Positions 38,762 through 51,404 of a stretch of 64,000 bases of DNA are shown in pieces. This stretch comes from Lama glama (lineage: Eukaryota), in assembly GCA_028534125.1 (NCBI GenBank), contig CM052817.1, positions 18,788,001-18,852,000 on the forward strand, given 5' to 3'. The notes beneath the pieces are model-generated. The model made no database searches and was not told the origin of the DNA. It saw only the letters and a list, made by a program, of their open reading frames with translations. The translations under genes and the position numbers were made by a program. Every line of letters begins with the position of its first letter. Positions within the stretch are counted from its first letter, which is position 1.

Positions 38762-40687
38762 TCAAGACAGCTCTAGAAAAGTACTATTTTAATTGCTTTC
38801 CCTCCAAAGGCAATTTTTTTGGACCAAGTCAAGAATGTTATGGAAGGTTTTATTATGTGAAAGTCTCAACATGTATTGGATTGGCCCCTTTTAATTCTAC
38901 AGCCCCTCCTTCCATTCATGTTACTATCTCTTAATTCTACCTGCTTTACACTAATCTTCCTTTTTAAATGTGCCCCTATTCCACTATACTATTTTATCCA
39001 CTGTAGCCTCAGGGCTTTCTTCTGAGACAGTCTCATATTTGAAATGATACTCTCCTTTCATCATCCTTGTACGATGCTATTAGTACCATATTCCTGGATA
39101 TTCAATGGAGTCAGAGTACGTTTAAAAACACACACACATACACACCCCAGATGCCCCTTAAACCTCAAAAGTTTGCAGGCAGATTCAGATGAATGAGCAT
39201 GATGTCAAACTGTCTTTAGTACTTTTACACTTTTTAGTTCATATAATTTCCTGTTCTATGCATCATTCTTGGATTCAGCACTGGTGTTTAACATCTTACA
39301 GATTAATGAAAAGGAGGATTTCTAGATTTAAACAACAACAACAAAATACTCTGTGTCTGAATCATATCCTAACATTGTTGGAAAAACATAACTCATCTAA
39401 CCTAGTCTCTTTCCAAAGTAGAAATCCTTAATCACCTCCTGAAGGGCCAGCAGCCTTTTCTTGAAGGGTAAAAACTAGAGAGAGTTTAGTACTTCTCAAG
39501 ACAACTCATTCAATTTTTGGCTCAACATCCTTGTTAGAGCACCCTTCTTTTTACTGATTTACTTTTAAAATTTATATTTATGATTATGGTTATACCAAAT
39601 AAAACAAGATGCAACTGGAACAATTTTCCATTGATTATAGTTAGATTGCCTCTATGTACCTCTTGAAGTTTTCCCTAAATTAACATTACCTGATGACTCT
39701 ACTGTTTTTTGTATAAAGATGCAGTGACAGTTTTATTATTTTATAATTATTTTAACAACTGGCACAGTTCCTCTCAATTAGGTGGCTCTCTTAATTTTTT
39801 TAAAAAAGTATTTTAATGGGTTATTAGTGAAAGCGTTAGGAAAGACGTCAGAGGCTATGTTGACTGGGGGCCAGCTGAAAGACAGATGTGTGTGGCTGCT
39901 CTGCACAGAAGAGAGAAATGTGTTTTGCCCAAAGAATGAAGTTTTTGTTGTGTAGAAGAGGGAGCCAGACCGAAGGAAGCTGAAAAAAAAACCTCTCTCT
40001 TTCCCACTCAAAGCAGTGAATGAAAAAGCCAAGAGACATTTTAAGAATCATGTTGATTTCAATTCACATTTTAGGATATTTGCAGATACCAAGTAAAGCA
40101 GCCTCCCTAGGTCTTCTTTAAATTCTGCCATTCATTCCTATGTAGCGTGGGTATTGATGTTTCGTAGGTATTGAATTTCACATCTGGGTATATTCTATGC
40201 AACAGGCAGAACACACTCATATCAAGAAAGCTTGAGAAAAACCACATGAATATGTGTGCACTGGGAAATTGCAGAAATGTTATGAGAATGCTAAATTTTC
40301 ATATTCCATAGAATTACACATAAATTTAAAAAAATGTAAAAATTATACCTAAATAATATTTTTAAAATCCCCATTTTTCTTCTCTTCATATAGCTTAAAA
40401 TGTAGTCCCCAGAAAATAATGCAAAAGTAAAAAAAAAAGAGGCAGCTGTTTCAGAGTTCTCATTTGCTCTGTGGCTAATTGAGCTCATTTATGTTTCCAG
40501 ATATTGAACTCTAAAAATTGAAATATACCCACCCCCCCAAAAAAAAAGCCTAACAAGTTCCCATGAATGCCCTCTTTCTATTTCAAAAGGTTCTAATCTA
40601 CCATTTTCAGCTTCAAAGTAAGTATCCCTCACGACATTCATGTAAGTGATCAGTGGGTGAGTTCTGCTTTGAGAAACTTAAATTACC

Positions 40688-40830
40688 CATTTACTCATTC
40701 AACAAATATTTACTGATTGCCTACCCCATGTCAAACACTGGAGTATAAGTTATGTTTACAAAAACGAAGAAAACATTCTTCATCCTGCACATACTCATAA
40801 CTAGTGGGGTGAACAAGTAAACAAATTAAT
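40688..40830 (-). mobile_element. L2 3' end
   Basis: catttactcattcaacaaatatttactgattgcctacc. Confidence 0.7.
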
Positions 40831-42229
40831 TTTCTATTTTTAAGAAAATTAAAGTAAGTTTCGGGACACTATGCATAGTTCAAGCTGATTAAAAGTTTTA
40901 GAAAGACAGATATAAATCCTTGTATGAAAATGCTTAAGAGATAGACAAAACACTAAATAGTGAGAATAGGGGCAGAGGGAATGAAAACTACTACTTTTTA
41001 CTTTATACACTTTATATCTTTTTGTACTGTTTAGATGTTTATTTTTGCAGTAATTTCATAATTTTCAATATGCATTATCTGCAATAATATTGTCACAGCT
41101 CGATAGAGTGGATTGGCACACAATACTTAGAACAGATTTATCATATTTGGTCTTTAGGTAAAAAATGTTTTAATATTTCCGAAATATACCATTCTGAGCC
41201 GTTTCATTCCACCAGGAAAATCAGGGTATTTTTCTCTTTAAAAAAAAAGGAAATACCAAAATAATTACATTTAAATAAATAACGTTATGATGATGACATT
41301 TAAAAATTCACAAGCAGGCCAAAGCCCTCTTTCTATTTAATCCATGGCTGCTCAGGCCTGAGCCCAGAACTCTCTGGAAAGGTGAGTGGTTTTCTTCTGG
41401 AGGAGCGTGAGCTGAGGCCAGGCAGGACCACCTACTTCTCATTCTTCCGCTTTTATTTTTTGTAGGAGAGAAGTCAGACTTAGAACTTGATCTAGTTCGG
41501 AAAGGTTGGGGGGACTTCCTGTTACAAATCAGGAAACAATCTAGATGCTTCCAGTGCTCACCTGAAGGGCCTTTGCTTCCAAGATCCTTGTGTTAACAGG
41601 CAGCTTCGGCTCCACTCCAGCGTCTGCTGCTTGCGGTGAGTGGGGCAACCTGCACCATCATCCAGGAGCCAGCTGGCCGGAGGATGCCTAAGGCTGTGTG
41701 TGACGTTTGTTTGAAAAACTGTGTGCTAAAAGATTGAATCTTTTTTTCCCCAAATGAAGTAGCAATAGTTTGTCCTCTTAAAACACACATAATACATAGG
41801 AGACTTGTTTTTAGAGTGGAAAATTATGCCAGGGACAAAGTTAACACAAAGAAACAACAAAAAGTAGCAAGAAAAAGCAGGTTAAGTGCAGCTTCGCGAG
41901 GCCACTATCTCTTTCCGCCAGGCTTGCAAGCTTCCCTCAGTGTCTGTCTGACTGTCCTACACCCGGAAATAGAGGGAGATTCTATTTATCAGGCAACTGC
42001 TCCACTGTGGAAAATTGGCAGATGTCTTAAGTGGCTCCACCTGACTTTAACTGGACAGACAAAAGTAAATCATTCCACAGGCTGAAAACCAGCAACAAAA
42101 ATAAAACTACGGGTACGATGTTCTCCCCAACTGGCATTCCCATCAAAGGTCCTCCATGATTCCAGGGTGTCCAGAGTAGACGTGGAGTGACCTGAATGGC
42201 AAGGGCCCGGTTATTTTGTAAGGAAAGGA

Positions 42230-43050
42230 AGTGCGCCTCAACATACCCAGTTCCGCACGTGAACAGCAGCGCACGGCCGGCCCGGCGCTCAGCCCGCAGG
42301 TGGGCGGCGCGGGCGCGGCCTCGGCCGGAAGGACCGTGAGCCTGCACTCGGCCGTGAACGCGGGCGCGGCCGGAGCCCCAGGCTGGTGTCGCTGCGGGCC
42401 GCTTTGTTCCAGAGGGCCTCAGCCTCTGAGTGACGGAGTTTGAAGGCCAGCTGCGTTTGTATTTGCGGGGCCTAGGTGAGCCGCCGGGCCCTCCGCGCAC
42501 CGGGAGGATGCGCGCCGAGCGCGGCAGAGAGGCAGGGTCTCCTCCGGCGCCGCGGGGCTGGCGGTAGCGGAAAGCTCTCGGGCCGCTGGGGCTGGGCGCG
42601 CTTCTCCCGCGCGGCCGGCGGCGTGTGTCCTCGCGCAGGGCGCTGGCCACGCTGTCGCCGCCTCCGGCCTTGACCCCCTCCGCCTCCGGCCGCGCCGGCG
42701 GCTCCGCGTTCTGGGGCTTGGCGGGCGGGGCGGCCGACCCCTGGCGTGTGTCGCCCGCGTGGGTGGAGGACTCGCCGCTGCCTGGTTCTCCTGGCCGTGG
42801 ACGGCGCGAAAGGGCCCCGCGTGAGTCCCGTTTTGCTTTACATTTTTTATTGGGAAGAGGTGCCTGTTGCATGGGGTTGACCGGCTGGACAGGGTGGACT
42901 GTGACGTCTGCACGGTCCGGCCAGTGGCGCCTAGTGCGGCCTGGCTAATGGCAGGAGTGGGCGCTTTCGCTTTGACTTCTCCGTGGTCTCCATCTCTGGC
43001 TTAGGAGGCCGGCCGGCCGCCTGAGTGACCACGGCCTGCCTGGCCACACT
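42230..43050. promoter_or_regulatory. CpG island promoter of an unidentified + strand gene
   Basis: Abrupt, very GC- and CpG-rich ~800 bp block in an AT-rich background. Motifs: E-box CACGTG 42256-42261, GC box GGGCGG ~42302, ETS CCGGAAG 42325-42331, CRE-like TGACGTC 42902-42908. No TATA box seen. Confidence 0.93.
42300..42475 (+). other. Putative non-coding first exon (5' UTR); TSS position approximate
   Basis: Donor TAG|GTGAGC at 42475/42476 inside the CpG island; no ATG in 42290-42475. Downstream L1s and SINEs are mostly antisense (-), as expected in the intron of a + strand gene. An alternative donor CGC|GTGAGT lies at 42820/42821. Confidence 0.65.
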
Positions 43051-43229
43051 TGTTCCGTTTCATTTTTGATGTGTGTGTGAATGTGTGAGTGTGTGTATAT
43101 GCACACATCTGTAAATTTATTGTCCATAATATACTGTTGTATTACATGTAATAATATATGATATATAAATATAGAGAGAGAACCATGAGCAAGTATCAAG
43201 CAAGCAACTTTTAAAAAATTAATCAAAGC

Positions 43230-43920
43230 CTGTATTTTACTCACATTTCCTTAATTTTTCTTCAGTGTTCCGTTTTCTGTTCCAGAATACCATTCAGGTT
43301 TTAAAATTGCATTTAATCATTGTGTTTTCTTAGGCTCCTCTTGGCTGTGATAGTTTTTCAGACTTTGTTTCTGGTGATTTGGACCGTTTTGAGGATTACT
43401 GGTCAGAAATTTTGTAGAATTTCCCTCAATTGTCATTTGCCTGATGTGGTGGCATCACTGTTGATGTCATCATCTTGCTTAGGTGGTTTTGTCAAGTTTT
43501 GCTGCTGTAAACTTACTCCTTTTTGCCCCTTTCCGTCGTGTGCTGGTTGGAAGGGAGCCGGTTTGCACAGCCCACACTTGAAAACCTGGGCAGTTCCTGG
43601 TGGGGAACCCAGGAAAGTGTGTGTTGGGGGAGCTATTTGTGTGCTTGGCTAGAGGTTCTGGGACTATGGCTCCCAAGAGTTTCTCATTGTCACTGTTGGT
43701 CACACTAAGCCTCAAGCAGTTTGTCAAAATTGCTGTTTCACTGTTCCGCCTCCTTTCCGGTTCTCACAGTTTCCTCTGCCTGTGAGCGGATCTCAGCTCT
43801 CACTCCACGGAGGCCTCTGGTTTTCGAGATGTCAGGTCTGTGGTTTTCCCTGCCATCTCAGTTTAGGGACAGGTCTGAGAAAAGTCTTTGGGTTTGTCCA
43901 GCTTTCTGTTATCGTAAGGA
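43230..43920 (-). mobile_element. L1MC/MD-like fragments
   Basis: ttttctgttccagaatacc...ttttgaggattactggtcagaaattttgtagaat; an L1 5'-like segment continues past the MLT1 insertion to ~44360. Confidence 0.7.
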
Positions 43921-43923
43921 AGG

Positions 43924-44308
43924 TGTGTTGATTTGCTGGGGCAGCCATGACAAGGCTGCCATGACACACTGGAGGGCTTCAACTACAAATTTATTTTCTC
44001 GCAGTTCTGGAGGCTGAAGTCTGAAATCTAGGTGCTAGCGGGGTTGCTTTCTTCTGAGGCCTCCCTCCCGAGGTGATAGGTGGCCATCTCCTTTCTTCTC
44101 CCCGTGTCTTCACATGGTCCTCCCTCTGTGTTTATCTGGGACCTCCTCTTCTTACGAGGACACCAGCCAGTCACATTGGATTAGGGTCCACCCTAACGAT
44201 CTCCTTTTAACCTAGTTACTGTTTCTCCAAATTCAGTCACATTTTGAAGTATCAGGAGTTAAAATTTCAACAGATGAATCCTGAGGGGATACAGTTCAGC
44301 TCATAACA
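43924..44308 (-). mobile_element. MLT1A/B-like solo LTR
   Basis: TG...CA ends; cagttctggaggctgaagtc, cattggattagggtccaccct; TSD-like gaagg/gatgg. Confidence 0.85.
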
Positions 44309-44460
44309 GATGGCAGTAACGGTTTTCAAGCTTTTTACGTATTGGAGCTGAAACAGGGAACTGCCAGTGAGTAAACTTTTAATGTCAGTGTTTAATGTGC
44401 AGTGCTGGGGTGTGCTAAATATTATTAGCAAAAGGTCAATGGTGAATTATCACTAAAGGG

Positions 44461-44755
44461 TGTATGTTAGGATTTTCCAGAGAAACAGGCAGAACCAGTA
44501 GGACATCTATATCTATATCTGCATATCTATCATCTGCCTGTCTGTTTGAAGAGATTTGTTGTAAGGTATTGGCTCACTTGACTATGGAGGCTGAGAAGTC
44601 CCACCATCTGCCCACTGCTAGCTGGAGATTCAGAAAAACCTATGATGTACTTTGAAGGCTCATGAGGCAGAGAACCAGTGGTGTGGATTCTAATCAAGGT
44701 TTGAAGGCCTGAGAACCAGGAGTGCTGAGGGCAGGAGAAAATCGATGTCCCAGAA
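44461..44755 (-). mobile_element. MLT2B-like LTR fragment
   Basis: ttccagagaaacag...aaccagtagga...ttggctcacttgactatggaggctgagaagtccca. Confidence 0.85.
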
Positions 44756-44873
44756 TTAACGCCAAATAATTGGTACCTACTCTTTACATAGGATGATCTC
44801 TTAAAAAAGAATATGATTCCATACTGTCAGGAGCTCAGCTGACCAGAGAGAGAGAGAGAGCTGAACTTCTAGG

Positions 44874-45467
44874 TGTCAGAGTCACCAGTTAAAGCACCGA
44901 TACACAAATGAAAGGAGTAAGCCTTTAATTACTTAACTACAGTGGTATACTCAAGAGTTATAAAAAACTGGGAGGAAGGCAGACTCCGTTTCCCCCTGTT
45001 GAGTGGCACAGCCGTCTCGGGTCAGGTAGATCACTGCAGATGTGGTGGGTAGTGGTCGTCTTACCTTTGAGGGAGCCCTGGACAAGAGGAGCCAGCAGTT
45101 TTATGGACTGTGGGGAGTTGGCAGAGGGAAGAGGTAGAAGTCTTGGGTGCTGAGTCGGGGTGGGGCAGGGTGTAAGGTTTCTGCCTTCTCCCCATCATGA
45201 GACCTCAGGAGATGCCAAGAAGACCTTTACCCATGGACTCAGATAAAGACCTAGGGTGAAGGTGCCTGGGCTAGAAATGGAAATGTGTAAGAGAGTGTGA
45301 CAGGCTGGGGGGTCCATTTCCTTCACTATGCCTCCCTTCTGAGACAGCTGTGCCCTGGCTGTGCACCATGCCTGGCGTGGGGAGGGCAGCTTCTCCCCGT
45401 GGGGCCTGACCTGTCAAGCCTTTGCCTGTGATTAGGTCTAAGAAAACTCACATGGAGGTTTTTCACA
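44874..45467 (-). mobile_element. Probable solo LTR, family unassigned
   Basis: TG...CA bounded, GC-richer ~590 bp block with reverse polyA-like (tttaatt) and TATA-like (ttttatg) signals; imperfect TSD ctagg/caagg. Confidence 0.5.
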
Positions 45468-45854
45468 AGGAGTCCAATTCCTCGTATACCAAATTATCTC
45501 TAAAGAAATTGTACCTTCAGAGTAAAGGCAGTTATCATCTTCAATATTATTATGGTTGAAAACAAGAAAGCACAGATTTCAAAATAGTTTTTACATTGTT
45601 TAGAAATCTTGGTTATGCTGCATAGGACGCCCTAATCAATTGCACATAATATGCACTCAATATGACAAATTTACGGAGAATTTCAGAATAGTTATTTTTT
45701 CAGTCAATGAATATACAAGCTGATTTTCGTTTGAAATTGTGAAAGGAAATTTGGGATAATTGTAGAATCATTGAGGAAATGAAGTAAACTCAAACAGGGA
45801 TCTTTTTATTGCAGTACAATGAGTAAACAAGCAAATGATTTATATTTCAAAAGA

Positions 45855-46028
45855 CAGTAATTCTTAAACTTTACCTACAGAAAGCTTACAAAATTGTTTA
45901 TTATCTAACAATTTCAGGCTTTCTGATTGAGTATGTTACAGGTAAACCCTAAGACTCTGCATTTTTGACAAGCTGATTGAGGTCATTCGTACACATGTGG
46001 CCTTGAGATTAGACTTTGAAAAACATTT
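45855..46028. mobile_element. MER5-like hAT MITE
   Basis: cagtaattcttaaactt...ctctgcatttttgacaagct...actttgaaaaaca. Confidence 0.6.
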
Positions 46029-46789
46029 CTGTTTGATTAATTTGAAGGGAAAATTTTTTATTGTAAAATGAAGGGAAATAGTTTGATATGGTTTAAAAAA
46101 AAGTCAGGGAGTTTTTAGTGATGTCTGATCTGAGGTCTGCTTCTGAGTCTTGCTAAAAATTAATCTCTCTGCTCTTAGTTTCCTCATTGTTAGAATACTG
46201 TGCATTTAATTGCACAACTTCAATGTTTTGATTAAGTTCTAAAATTCCATGTGGATAACTAAATTATACGATGTCATGTAAAAATTATTTTACAACTTTT
46301 AGAATCATTCAAGTCTCACAAATAAGTGAATTCTTTCAAATTTCTCATTGGTGCAGCTTTATATAAACTGTATTTTTCTGAGTTGAATGACATTCACAAC
46401 CTTCTGCACACAAGGGGTGCATTTCAGGAAATGGAAGTGCTCACCACTCTGTGGACTCCCTCTGTTTATGTCAGGGTGGCCTTTGTTCTTCATTTTTGTA
46501 GCTAAAAGGGATGACAGATTTTCCATGAAAGAGCTTGATATTGAGAGATTTATTAATTGATTATAACATTTGGAGTGAGGACTGTCTTAGGTTTTAATTT
46601 TGTTTTCTCTTTTAACTGATAAGTGCATTACAACCAGTTGTTTCTTTGTATATAGTGAGTCTTGAATTCCCATAAGAAAAAAAGAGCATCTTATACAATA
46701 ATGTTTTAATTTTAATCCAGTTGGTTCCCTTCCTTTTAGAAACACCATAGGGATGTGATTAGGTGCAAAGTGTTCAGAAGTCACACTGC

Positions 46790-46935
46790 CCTATTAAGAT
46801 CCGAATTCTACAACATACCTGCTGGGAAATCTTAGGCAAGCACTTAATGAACGATCTGTAACTTAGTTTCTCAGAATCTGTAAAACAGGGATGTTAATAA
46901 TAATGGCTGTCTTGCTTTTTCATAATGTGATCATG
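46790..46935 (+). mobile_element. MIR SINE
   Basis: cttaggcaagcacttaa...cttagtttctcagaatctgtaaaacagggat. Confidence 0.7.
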
Positions 46936-47499
46936 GTGCTTTCCATTTGGAGCTTGCTTTCAGCCTTTGTGGCATACACTAAACCATATTTTGAGGAAAT
47001 CTTGATTAAATTCATACATCAACAAGCAAGTGTAGAGAGTGTCACACTCAAATATACTACTTTCCCAAAACTTACCGCTTACCCCAGATAACTTTTTATT
47101 CAAGGTCATACACGTGTATTAGGACACAGGAAGCCAACTTTGCTCCCTTTCTAAATATTGACCGTGGTAGACTAAATTGCATCATTTCCATAAAAGTAGA
47201 GAGCACTGGAAGAGACCTGACATTTTTAATAAGAATTGACCATGGTACTAAGGGTCAGGTTAATTTCTCAAGCATCAAGTTTAACTTCTGCTTGAGGAAA
47301 AATCTGCCTCTGAGAGCTCAGTTACCACCCAAAGTCTTCTTTATGCACAGAGCCTGCAGGGTAACAAGAACAAGTGCGCCTGGAGCAAAGCTGTGAGCAT
47401 AAGGGCGTACCGCTGTAACCTAGTGTCTCACAGAGTCTCAGTAAACGAGAGGCAGGACTTGTCAGCGCAAGTTTCTGTACAGGTAACCTGTGATTCCTC

Positions 47500-48616
47500 A
47501 ATAGTACCTTCCCTAAGACAGTGACTGTGACAAGATACCGGCTTTGTGGTTGTCATTTTACATGGCAACCTGGATTTTGCAGATGTAATTAATGTTATTA
47601 GTTAGTTACTGGGCGTTTAATCAGAAGGGAGTGTATCAGGGCACACCGAACCACATGAGGGCTTTATAAGAACAGTTGTCTTTGGCTGATGGCCAAGTGG
47701 AAACTTAAGAGATTTTCAGAGCAGGAGAAGGCCCTGAAGTACCATCGCTGACTTGAAGATGGCAGCCGCATGTGCAAGAATCTAATTGTCATAGGGAGGA
47801 ACAAATCTGACTCCATATGAGATGTGTTCCTTCAGCTCTAACCCTGGGCTCTGCTCCCAGTGCCTAGTCATGCTGGTTCTGCACCTTTTGTAAAAGAATG
47901 TTGTCTAGAGCCTGAAATACACAGAAAAGCCCATTCTCAAGGCTCTCACCTTTAAGGGTATTAACACCTTTCCATTGATATAAAGATAACAAGTTGCAGA
48001 ATAGAGAATAACATTTGTCTTGTTGGAGGTTTATAGGAACATCATGATTTGACCCACATGGATAGCTGCAAGAACAAAGGATTCCAACACCATGAAGTTT
48101 GCAACAACTAACCCCACCCCCTCCCCTTTTGGTATAAAAGGAGCCTGAATTCTGACTTGGGGAAGATGGTTCTCCAGGACATTAGTCTGCCATCTTCTCA
48201 GTCTGCTGGCTTTCCAAATAAAATCGTTATTCCTTGCCCCAACACCTTGTCTCCCAATTTACTGGCCTGTTGTGCAGTGAGCAGAGAGAGTTTGGACTCG
48301 GTAACATAATGATATCTACAAGCTGAGAATAGCTTCCAGCTGACAACCATCAAGGAAACAGAGACATTAGACCTACAGCTTTAAGACTAGATTCTGCCAA
48401 CATCTTGAATGAGCTTTGAAGCAAGTTCTTCCCAAGATCCTTCAGATAAGAGCCCTGCCCAGCAGCTACCTGGATCTGGCCTTGTGAGTCCTGAAAGCAA
48501 AGAACCCAGTTGAGCCAGCACAGACTTCTGTCCTATAATCTGTGAGCCAATGTCTCGGTGTGTTTTAAGCTGCTAATGCATGGTAATTGGTTACTCAACA
48601 ATAGACAACCTATACA
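47500..48616 (+). mobile_element. MLT1E-like LTR split by the ERV1 solo LTR
   Basis: ggattttgcagatgtaattaa...ttgaagatgg resumes after 48310 with cagctgacaaccatcaaggaaacag...gttttaagctgctaa...acctataca. Confidence 0.8.
47787..48306 (+). mobile_element. ERV1-class solo LTR (MER41-like), copy 2
   Basis: TGTCAT...GTAACA termini; 4-bp TSD TAAT (47783-47786 and 48307-48310); TATAAAA ~48133; AATAAA ~48217. Confidence 0.9.
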
Positions 48617-48637
48617 GAATGCTTGAACACTCAGGCT

Positions 48638-49037
48638 TGTTGGAGGAGGTCATCCAGAGGAGATGGCCACTGGTTGACCCCTGAGCAGGACCCAGGCAAT
48701 CAGAGAGGTCTCACCCCTTCCCCTGTCCTTGGAATGTGTGTCCGTCCACCATTCCTGTAGCTGGAGCTGTCTCAGGGATGCAGCCTTGAGAGAGAAATGT
48801 TGTTGAGACTATGTGGACTGTGTACGTGACTGGATCCTGTTAAGGCCCGTAAATAAACTTTGAAGATTTTGGTGGGCGGCACAGAGACTAGTGTCATGTG
48901 TAAGTTCCCTTGCTTATTACCCCTGCCACCTGTCAGTCTGGAGTGATCTGCCTGTTTTCTTCTGTCTGTCATTTTCCTCTGTGTATGGAGGCCAGTTTTG
49001 TATTTCACCTAGGGAACTCTCAGGGGGCAAACCGACA
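48638..49037 (+). mobile_element. Solo LTR, 400 bp, family unassigned
   Basis: Terminal inverted repeat TGTTGG...CCGACA and exact 5-bp TSD AGGCT (48633-48637 and 49038-49042). Confidence 0.8.
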
Positions 49038-50169
49038 AGGCTTTCTGTGTGTTTTTGCGGCTCCGCTACCTGCAGGATTGGTGCTGTGATCATCGGAGGG
49101 CGTCCACATGACAGGTCTAATGTGTTCACTTCGTGATATGCGTATATACTGGCCAGAGCCTTCTCTTACGCCATCAGTTTTGACAGCATTCCTGGGTACC
49201 TGGTGTCCTAGCAAGAAAACCTCAGGATTTTTCTTTTTGTGGTGGGCACATGTGCATTGGCCCACAGATTCCTCAGGTCACGTAAACAACTCTCCTCTCC
49301 TCTCCTTACTCCTCCTCCTCTCCTCCTTTTCTGTGAACTTGGAGAAGTTGGTTAACCTCTTGAGAGATTTTGCTCATTTATGAAATGTGGCAAATAATAC
49401 CTTTGTTATAATATTTTCTTGAGAATACCTTGAAATATGATGCGTGTAAAGCAAATACAGCAAAATCTTAAATGTAGAAAGTAGAAGATGGGTATTAGGC
49501 TGTTCACTGCATAATTAGTTCAGCTTTTCTGTATGTTAGAAAATGTTCATCATTAAATTGTTTAAAATAAAGCTATTGCAAAGTGTAGGCAAGAGATGGG
49601 TGCCTGGGCCTCAATGGCATTGGTACAGATGGAGTGCTTGAGCTGAACTAAAAGATATTGTCAAAGTAAATTTGCCTTGATTTAGTTACAATTTGTGTAT
49701 AGAATCAGTAAGATGGCAAAGATTGTTCATAGGTTCCAGACTTGTGCAATTGGTGTCTTGAATGTACCATTCATGTGTCTTCTGCAGAAAAGAAGGACTT
49801 ATTTGGGGTATGTTTTGGTTTTGATTGCATAAATAGTAAATGTTATATTAGCATCTAAGAGTTTAGAATCTAAGACGTAAAATTGTCAAACATAAAATCC
49901 ATCCTTATAATGATGCTCACTTAAATATTCAGGTCTCTAGTGACTTAGATGGACAAGAGAACCATCTATAACCAAATATGGATAAACCATAAAACTGGTC
50001 CCTAAAAATAGAACTTACATTATATAGTATTTTTAAACAAAGCTACACAAAGAAGTAATAGGCTTTTTTCTTCCTTTTTTTTCCTAAATAAAATTGGTTG
50101 GTATACACTTAGTGCTCTAGGTAATATCAGAATAAAACAACAAATACTGGATGGGGGCCAGAATAGGAG

Positions 50170-50768
50170 TAGGGTAGGAAGTATTTGAAAATTGCAAACA
50201 CAGTCAACACAAGATAGCTCTGATTTATGATACAAATTACAGGCTTGGGGGGTTTCCCCAAACCACCCTCAATTTAAATAATTTGCTAGAAAGATTTGCA
50301 TATTTATCAGTGTGGCGTGTAAAGGGTACAGATGAAAATCAGTCAACGGAAGAAGTGCTTAGAGCAGAGTCCAGGTGGACACCATACGTTTCCCCTACAT
50401 GGAGTCGTGAATGGGTTACTTTCAGGGCGTACATGTGTGATGATATGCATGGAGTGTTGCCAACCAGGGAAGCTCAACTTAGCCTCCTTGGCTCCATGGA
50501 GTTTTTACTGGGGCTTCATCAAGTGTGCATGATTAATTGATTTATTGCCCACTTGGTTGATCTCAGTCCCCAGGTCAGCTGAAACTGTGGGATCTGAAGC
50601 CTGCGCCCTCAATCATATTGTTGGTGTTTCTACCATGGCCACCCCCAACTCTGAACAAAGACTCTACTGTCAGGCATGACACTCCAAGAGTTCAGAGATT
50701 ACCTCCTAGAATCTGAGGGCAAATGCTAGGCCTCTTTTTTGGGCAAAGTTAAGTTCTTTCTTACTCAA
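50170..50768 (-). mobile_element. MER21-like LTR
   Basis: ccccaaaccaccctc...ataatttgctagaaaga...ttgccaaccagggaagctca...gagtttttactggggcttcat. Confidence 0.8.
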
Positions 50769-51404
50769 GGATTTTTCAGTAGGTGTGGGCAACTCATTAT
50801 TTCACAAAATTTGCTGATATCTTGATCTAGTATCCTATATAGTATATAAATGTGACAGAGTTGTTTAAAAATCCCAAGTGAATGCTATTACAATATCCGA
50901 CCAAAATAAGGTACTCATCACTGCAAAAGCTCAGGAGTAAGTATGTACATTATAGACGAGATGATAATAATTTAAATTATCTATGAAGTTAAGTGATCTT
51001 ACTGTGTAATTCATCTTCAGTGAATTCAGATTGCCTTAATCAGTTGGCTGGTAGTATTGTGAAATATTTTGCAATTGCTAACTTGATTTAAATATATTTC
51101 AACGTTGTTAATCAGGCAATATTTACAGTTAAATGAAAAGTAAACCAGAAACCTCTGTTAAAATAGAAAACTTCCCTTGCCTGCCCCCTTTCCCCATTCC
51201 CAACTCTGGCTGAGCAAGATTAAGGTTCAGTGTAGAATCATTACTTAGGAGGAGAGGATTTCATCTGAATTACTATTGATGTATCCTTCTCTGACATCTC
51301 TTATATTATTCAGATTCCCACTGCCTTCGGTTTTCTCAAAGATTTTCATCTGATAAACCAGATAGATCTCCCTAGTCTTCATCAATCTTCTGTTTCAGAG
51401 TGAA

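Noticed and set aside
42027..42948. Long ORFs in the CpG island (281 aa and 164 aa on -, 107 aa on +)
   Set aside because: Low-complexity R/P/A/G composition expected from stop-poor GC-rich DNA; overlapping frames on both strands; no recognisable domain.
20867..48306. A single 27-kb provirus bounded by the two similar LTRs
   Set aside because: Each LTR has its own different TSD (AAAG vs TAAT). The pol remnant between them is ERV-L, a different class, and the interval holds ordinary host DNA and a promoter.
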